NCBI GenBank assembly: GCA_963783385.1
Contig: CAWANJ010000009.1
Location: 416,001 to 480,000, forward strand
DNA length: 64,000 bases
Reading direction: 5' to 3'
Origin: an uncultured Gemmatimonadales bacterium
GTDB lineage: Bacteria > Gemmatimonadota > Gemmatimonadetes > Palauibacterales > Palauibacteraceae
Part shown: one piece after another, positions 60,129-64,000 of the stretch
Layout of the letters: every line of letters begins with the position of its first letter
Position numbering within the stretch: the stretch's first letter is position 1
Program-made: the position numbers and the translations under genes
Notes under the pieces: generated by a model
What the model was told of the DNA's origin: nothing
Seen by the model: only the letters and a program-made list of their open reading frames with translations
The model's database searches: none

Positions 60129-61586
60129 ATGATCTGCTTCCGCGCGGGACGTGGCGCGCCGCTGGTGGCGGCCCTGGTCCTCGGCCTGGCGATCGGCGCC
60201 CCGGCGGCCGTGCGGGGCGCCCCGGCGGCCGATGGGAGTCCCGAGGGCATGCGGGGTCCCGGGCCCTCCCGCCTCGATCCACCCGCGGTGGACACGGCCG
60301 CGGGCCCGGTGCTCCGCCCGCTCGGCCTCGACGAGGCTCTCGCGGAGGCGCGTCGGGGGAACCCGGATCTCCGCGAGGCCCGACTGGCGCGCGAGAGCGC
60401 GCACGCGGCCGCCCGAATGGCGGGGTCGGCCCTCCTCCCGGGCATCGAGCTCGACGTGGGGGTGCAGCGCTCCAACGACCCGGTGTTCGCGTTCGGGACC
60501 AAGCTTCGCCAGCAGCGCTTCGGCGCGGCGGACCTGGCCCTGGACGCGCTCAACCACCCCTCGGCCCTCAACGACTGGTCCACGGGCGTGGGCGTGCGCT
60601 GGAACGTGCTGGATCCGACCCTGTGGGCTCGGCGCGCCGCGGCGGGTCACGGCGCCACGGCGGTCGGCTGGCAGGCGGTGAGGGCGGGGCAGGGGGCCGA
60701 GCTCGGAACGCGGGTGCTCTACTGGCGTGCGGTCGGAGCGGCGGCCGGCGTGCGAGCGACCGCGGCGGCCGAGGCCGCCGCCCGCTCCACGGTCGAGCGG
60801 TTCCGGAAGCGCGAGGAGCGTGGGCTCCTCACCCACGCCGACGTGCTTCGCGCGGAGGCGGAGCTGGCCTCGGCGCGGGCCACCCGGGTCGAGGCGGAGC
60901 GGGGCCGCGACGACGCCCGCTCGGCGCTCGGTCTGGTCCTCGGCTGGAGCCCCGACACGGTCCCCGTTCCGTCGGACACGCTCACCGCCCCCGAGGGCGA
61001 GCCGAACCCTGGGGAGCCGGGGGCGTTCGACCCGACGGCCCGGCCGGACCTGCGGGCGAGAGCCGAGGTCGTGCAGGCCGGCCGGGCCCGGCAGGCCGCC
61101 GCGGTCGCGGCCTTCATTCCTCGCGTCGAGGCGTTCGCCGGCTACCAGCGGTACGCCGACGCTCCCTTCGGGGGGGACGGTGACGCGTGGAGCGCCGGCG
61201 TCATGCTGCGCTGGACCGTGTTCGCGGGACTGAGCCGTCCGGCGGCGCTGGACAGGGCGAGGGCCGAGCGCGAGACGGCCGAGCTGCAGTACGCTCGGGC
61301 CCGCCGCGAGGCGCGGGCCGAGGTGACGAGTGCGCGCCGGGCCGTGGACGCGGCCCTGCGCGGAGTGGAGGCCACCCGGGCGGCCCGGGAGGCGGCTACG
61401 GAAGCCAGGGACCTGATGCGCAGGCGCTTCGAGGAGGGCTTGATGAGCGCCACGGACCTGCTCGACGCGGAGGCGCGCGCCTCGGCGGCGCGGAGCCGGG
61501 CCGTCGATGCGCTGGCCGGATACCACGAGGCTCTCGCGCGACTTCGGTTCGCGCTGGGCCGGACCACGGGGGAGGAACAGCCATGA
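60129..61586 (+). CDS. TolC-family outer-membrane efflux protein
   Basis: LDEALAEARRGNPDL..RFEEGLMSATDLLDAE. Start uncertain: the best SD (AGGAGG) precedes an out-of-frame ATG at 60088. Confidence 0.88.
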   Translation: MICFRAGRGAPLVAALVLGLAIGAPAAVRGAPAADGSPEGMRGPGPSRLDPPAVDTAAGPVLRPLGLDEALAEARRGNPDLREARLARESAHAAARMAGSALLPGIELDVGVQRSNDPVFAFGTKLRQQRFGAADLALDALNHPSALNDWSTGVGVRWNVLDPTLWARRAAAGHGATAVGWQAVRAGQGAELGTRVLYWRAVGAAAGVRATAAAEAAARSTVERFRKREERGLLTHADVLRAEAELASARATRVEAERGRDDARSALGLVLGWSPDTVPVPSDTLTAPEGEPNPGEPGAFDPTARPDLRARAEVVQAGRARQAAAVAAFIPRVEAFAGYQRYADAPFGGDGDAWSAGVMLRWTVFAGLSRPAALDRARAERETAELQYARARREARAEVTSARRAVDAALRGVEATRAAREAATEARDLMRRRFEEGLMSATDLLDAEARASAARSRAVDALAGYHEALARLRFALGRTTGEEQP

Positions 61587-62656
61587 GGAGACTGACGGTG
61601 AGCGGGCGCGCCGCAGGGAAGGGCGCCGCGGTGGGCGCGCTGCTCCTGAGCGTCGCGTGGGCCGGCTGCGATCGCGGCGAGCCGGGCCGCGTTTCCCCGC
61701 CGGAAGGCGCGGCGGACGTGGTGACGGCGCCGGCGACGTTGGGACCGGCCACGGCCTCGTACCCGGCCACCGTCGTGTCGACGGACAAGGCGCAGCTGGC
61801 CACCCGGACGAGCGGCACCGTGCGGCGCGTGCCGGTCGACGTGGGAAGCGTCGTGCGCGCCGGGGACACCCTGGTGGTCCTCGACGGCGGCGACGTCGAG
61901 GCCAGGATCCGGAGCGCGCAGGCCGCGGCGAGCCGGGCCAGCCGCTACTACGATCGCATCGCCTCGCTGGAGAAGGATGGAGCGGCCACCGGGCAGGAGC
62001 TGGACGACGCCCGCGCCGGGATGACGATGGCCGAAGCGGGCCTCCAGGAGGCGCGGGCCCAGCGAGGCTACGTCGTCCTCCGGGCCCCGTTCGCGGGGGT
62101 GGTGGCGGCACGCGACGTGGACCCGGGCGACCTGGCCATGCCGGGTCGCCCCGTGCTGCGTCTGGTCCGTCCGGGGTCGCTCAAGGTGGTGGCGGACCTG
62201 CCGGGCGAGGTCCGCGGCGACCTGTCCAGGGGGACCGCGGTCACGTTCGTGGATCCCTCCACGGGTCGGAGCGTGGCGGGCCACGTGACCCGTGTGTCGC
62301 CGGCGCTCGAGCCGGCGAGCCGCCGGGTGCGGGTCGAGGCGCGTCCGGACGCGGGGGTGGGAGAGAGCCTTCCGGCGCCGGGCTCCTTCGTGCGGCTGGC
62401 GCTCACCCGCCCCGGCCGGAGCACGCTGTGGGTGCCGGACGACGCGATCGTTCGCCGCGGCCAGCTCGAGGGCGCGTTCGTGGTCGAGGGGGACACCCTG
62501 CGGCTGCGCTGGCTCCGGACCGGCGAGACACGGGTGGGGGCGGTCGAGGTGCTCGCGGGCCTGGAGGCCGGGACGCCCGTCGTCCGCCGTCCGGCCCCGA
62601 CACTGGAGGACGGGCAGCCGGTCGGACGTCGCAGCGCGGAGCCGTGGACGCCATGA
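61583..62656 (+). CDS. RND efflux periplasmic adaptor (MFP) lipoprotein
   Basis: Lipobox WAGC; SGTV..VDVGSVVRAGD; LRAPFAGVV. Confidence 0.9.
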   Translation: MRRLTVSGRAAGKGAAVGALLLSVAWAGCDRGEPGRVSPPEGAADVVTAPATLGPATASYPATVVSTDKAQLATRTSGTVRRVPVDVGSVVRAGDTLVVLDGGDVEARIRSAQAAASRASRYYDRIASLEKDGAATGQELDDARAGMTMAEAGLQEARAQRGYVVLRAPFAGVVAARDVDPGDLAMPGRPVLRLVRPGSLKVVADLPGEVRGDLSRGTAVTFVDPSTGRSVAGHVTRVSPALEPASRRVRVEARPDAGVGESLPAPGSFVRLALTRPGRSTLWVPDDAIVRRGQLEGAFVVEGDTLRLRWLRTGETRVGAVEVLAGLEAGTPVVRRPAPTLEDGQPVGRRSAEPWTP

Positions 62657-64000
62657 AGGGGGGGTTGGCCGGCCGCATCGCCGACGCGTTCCTGATGTCC
62701 AAGCTCACGCCCCTCCTCCTGGCGGCGGCGCTCGGCCTCGGGCTGTATGCGGCGTTCACGATCCCGAGCGAGGAGGAGCCCCAGATCTCGGTGCCTCTGG
62801 CGGACATCTACGTCGGGATGCCGGGAGCGAGCCCGAGCGAGGTGGACCAGCGGCTCCTCGTCCCGCTCCAGGGCGTGCTGTCCGGCATCGAGGGCGTCGA
62901 GTACGTGTACACGCACGCCCAGGAGGGCATGGGGCTCGCCACGGTGCGCTTCCAGGTGGGCCGCGACCTGCAGCGCAGCCAGGTGAAGCTGTTCGCCGAG
63001 CTGGCCCGCAACGCCGACCTCATGCCGGCCGGGTCGTCGCCGCCCCTGGTCAAGACCGTCACCATCGACGACGTGCCGTTCTTCACCCTGTCGCTTTCGG
63101 GCCCGGGTTATACGCCCTACCAGCTACGCTCTCTGGCCGAGGAGCTCCGTCCCCGTCTGCAGACGGTGTCGGACGTCCGAGACGTGACCATCTCCGGGGG
63201 CCAGCCCCGCGAGATCCGGGTCGAGCTGGACCCGGCCCGGCTGGCGGCCAATGGCCTCGATCCGGCGGCCGTGGTCGATCGGATCCGCATGGCCAACGTT
63301 CAGGTCGATGCCGGAGACTTCTCCGCCGGGGATCGCGTGGTTCACGTCCAGGCGGGGCCCTTCCTGCGTTCGGCCGAGGACGTGAGGAACGTCGTGCTCG
63401 ACGTGCGCGACGGCCGCCTGGTCCAGGTCGGCGGCGTGGCGACGGTCACGGACGGACCGGCGGAGATCCAGGATTACGCCTTCGATGCGGAGCGCGGCTC
63501 GCCGCCCGAGCCCGTCGTCACTCTGGCCGTGTCCAAGCGCCCCGGCGCCGACGCCACGCAGGTGGGGCGAGCGCTCGAGCACCGGGTGGACGAGCTCCGG
63601 GGCCGGGTGATCCCCGACGCGGTTCACGCGCGGGTCACCCGGAACTACGGAGAGACGGCGCGCGACAAGGTCTCGACCCTCAAGCTGCACCTCCTTCTGG
63701 CCATCGGCGCCGTGGGTCTCGTGGTGCTCCTGTCGATGGGTTGGCGCAGCGCTCTGGTCGTGATGACGGCGGTGCCGGTCACCTTCGCGCTCACGCTGCT
63801 CGTCTACAAGCTGTTCGGCTACACGCTGAACCGCGTGACGCTGTTCGCCCTCATCTTCGTCACGGGCATCGTGGTCGACGACTCGATCATCATCGTCGAG
63901 AACATGCACCGGCACTTCGCCATGCGGGACCGACCCCTGCGCGCGGCGGCCCGGGCCGCGGTCGACGAGGTCGGCAACCCGACGATCCTGGCCACCCTCA
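62653..64000 (+). CDS. RND efflux permease (partial; runs off the window)
   Basis: MKGGLAGRIADAFLMSKLTPLL..EEEPQISVP..TLNRVTLFALIFVTGIVVDDSIIIVENMHRH..EVGNPTILAT. Confidence 0.92.
   Translation, partial: MKGGLAGRIADAFLMSKLTPLLLAAALGLGLYAAFTIPSEEEPQISVPLADIYVGMPGASPSEVDQRLLVPLQGVLSGIEGVEYVYTHAQEGMGLATVRFQVGRDLQRSQVKLFAELARNADLMPAGSSPPLVKTVTIDDVPFFTLSLSGPGYTPYQLRSLAEELRPRLQTVSDVRDVTISGGQPREIRVELDPARLAANGLDPAAVVDRIRMANVQVDAGDFSAGDRVVHVQAGPFLRSAEDVRNVVLDVRDGRLVQVGGVATVTDGPAEIQDYAFDAERGSPPEPVVTLAVSKRPGADATQVGRALEHRVDELRGRVIPDAVHARVTRNYGETARDKVSTLKLHLLLAIGAVGLVVLLSMGWRSALVVMTAVPVTFALTLLVYKLFGYTLNRVTLFALIFVTGIVVDDSIIIVENMHRHFAMRDRPLRAAARAAVDEVGNPTILATL

Noticed and set aside
60088-60132. 14-codon Cys/His-containing leader peptide (MSGTCRTYHYMCIQ) before tolC
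   Set aside because: It may be the true tolC start displaced by an indel. It cannot be told apart from an assembly error without reads.
1-64000. Many long Arg/Pro/Gly-rich ORFs in the six-frame track (e.g. 663-2573 -, 17615-19618 -, 57071-59734 +)
   Set aside because: They are shadow frames of real genes in very high-GC DNA and show no domain motifs.
1-64000. CRISPR array, cas genes, integrase, transposase or prophage
   Set aside because: I saw no regularly spaced repeat-spacer array and no matching protein motifs. The repeats found have only 2-3 copies.

Overview
Very GC-rich bacterial chromosomal window. The gene content and the tmRNA tag (ANDNLALAA) are consistent with a diderm LPS producer, plausibly Gemmatimonadota (inference). 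The first 25 kb is mostly housekeeping: DUF151 nuclease, a BtuF-like fusion, recO, selB, PTS EIIA, larB, tmRNA, a Gre factor, mlaEFD, hldA, ridA, tRNA-Sec, murI, lpxH, lptE, hemC, an hldC-rdgB fusion, mscS and tRNA-Pro. It is interrupted by a 2017-bp-period tandem duplication of a CBS + ArsB/NhaD transporter pair. After tRNA-Pro comes an accessory region with several deletion scars. It holds a group 3b [NiFe]-hydrogenase operon with an internal cNMP-binding gene, an HPF-cold-shock fusion, RtcB, a hidden zf-HC2 protein, a PIG-L/ABC operon, a di-cupredoxin, a BNR-repeat glycosyl hydrolase, USP/CBS/ADH genes, a FixL-like PAS kinase, a His-to-Gln pseudokinase, a NarL-type regulator, a CtpF-like P-type ATPase and an ArsR-TolC-RND module. 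The main hypothesis is a DosR-like hypoxia/dormancy regulon run by a kinase/pseudokinase pair, with a candidate TGTnGG-N6-CCnACA operator. At least five genes are split by single-base indels that look like long-read assembly errors. I found no CRISPR array, integrase or transposase. All calls come from motif recognition by eye; no searches were run.
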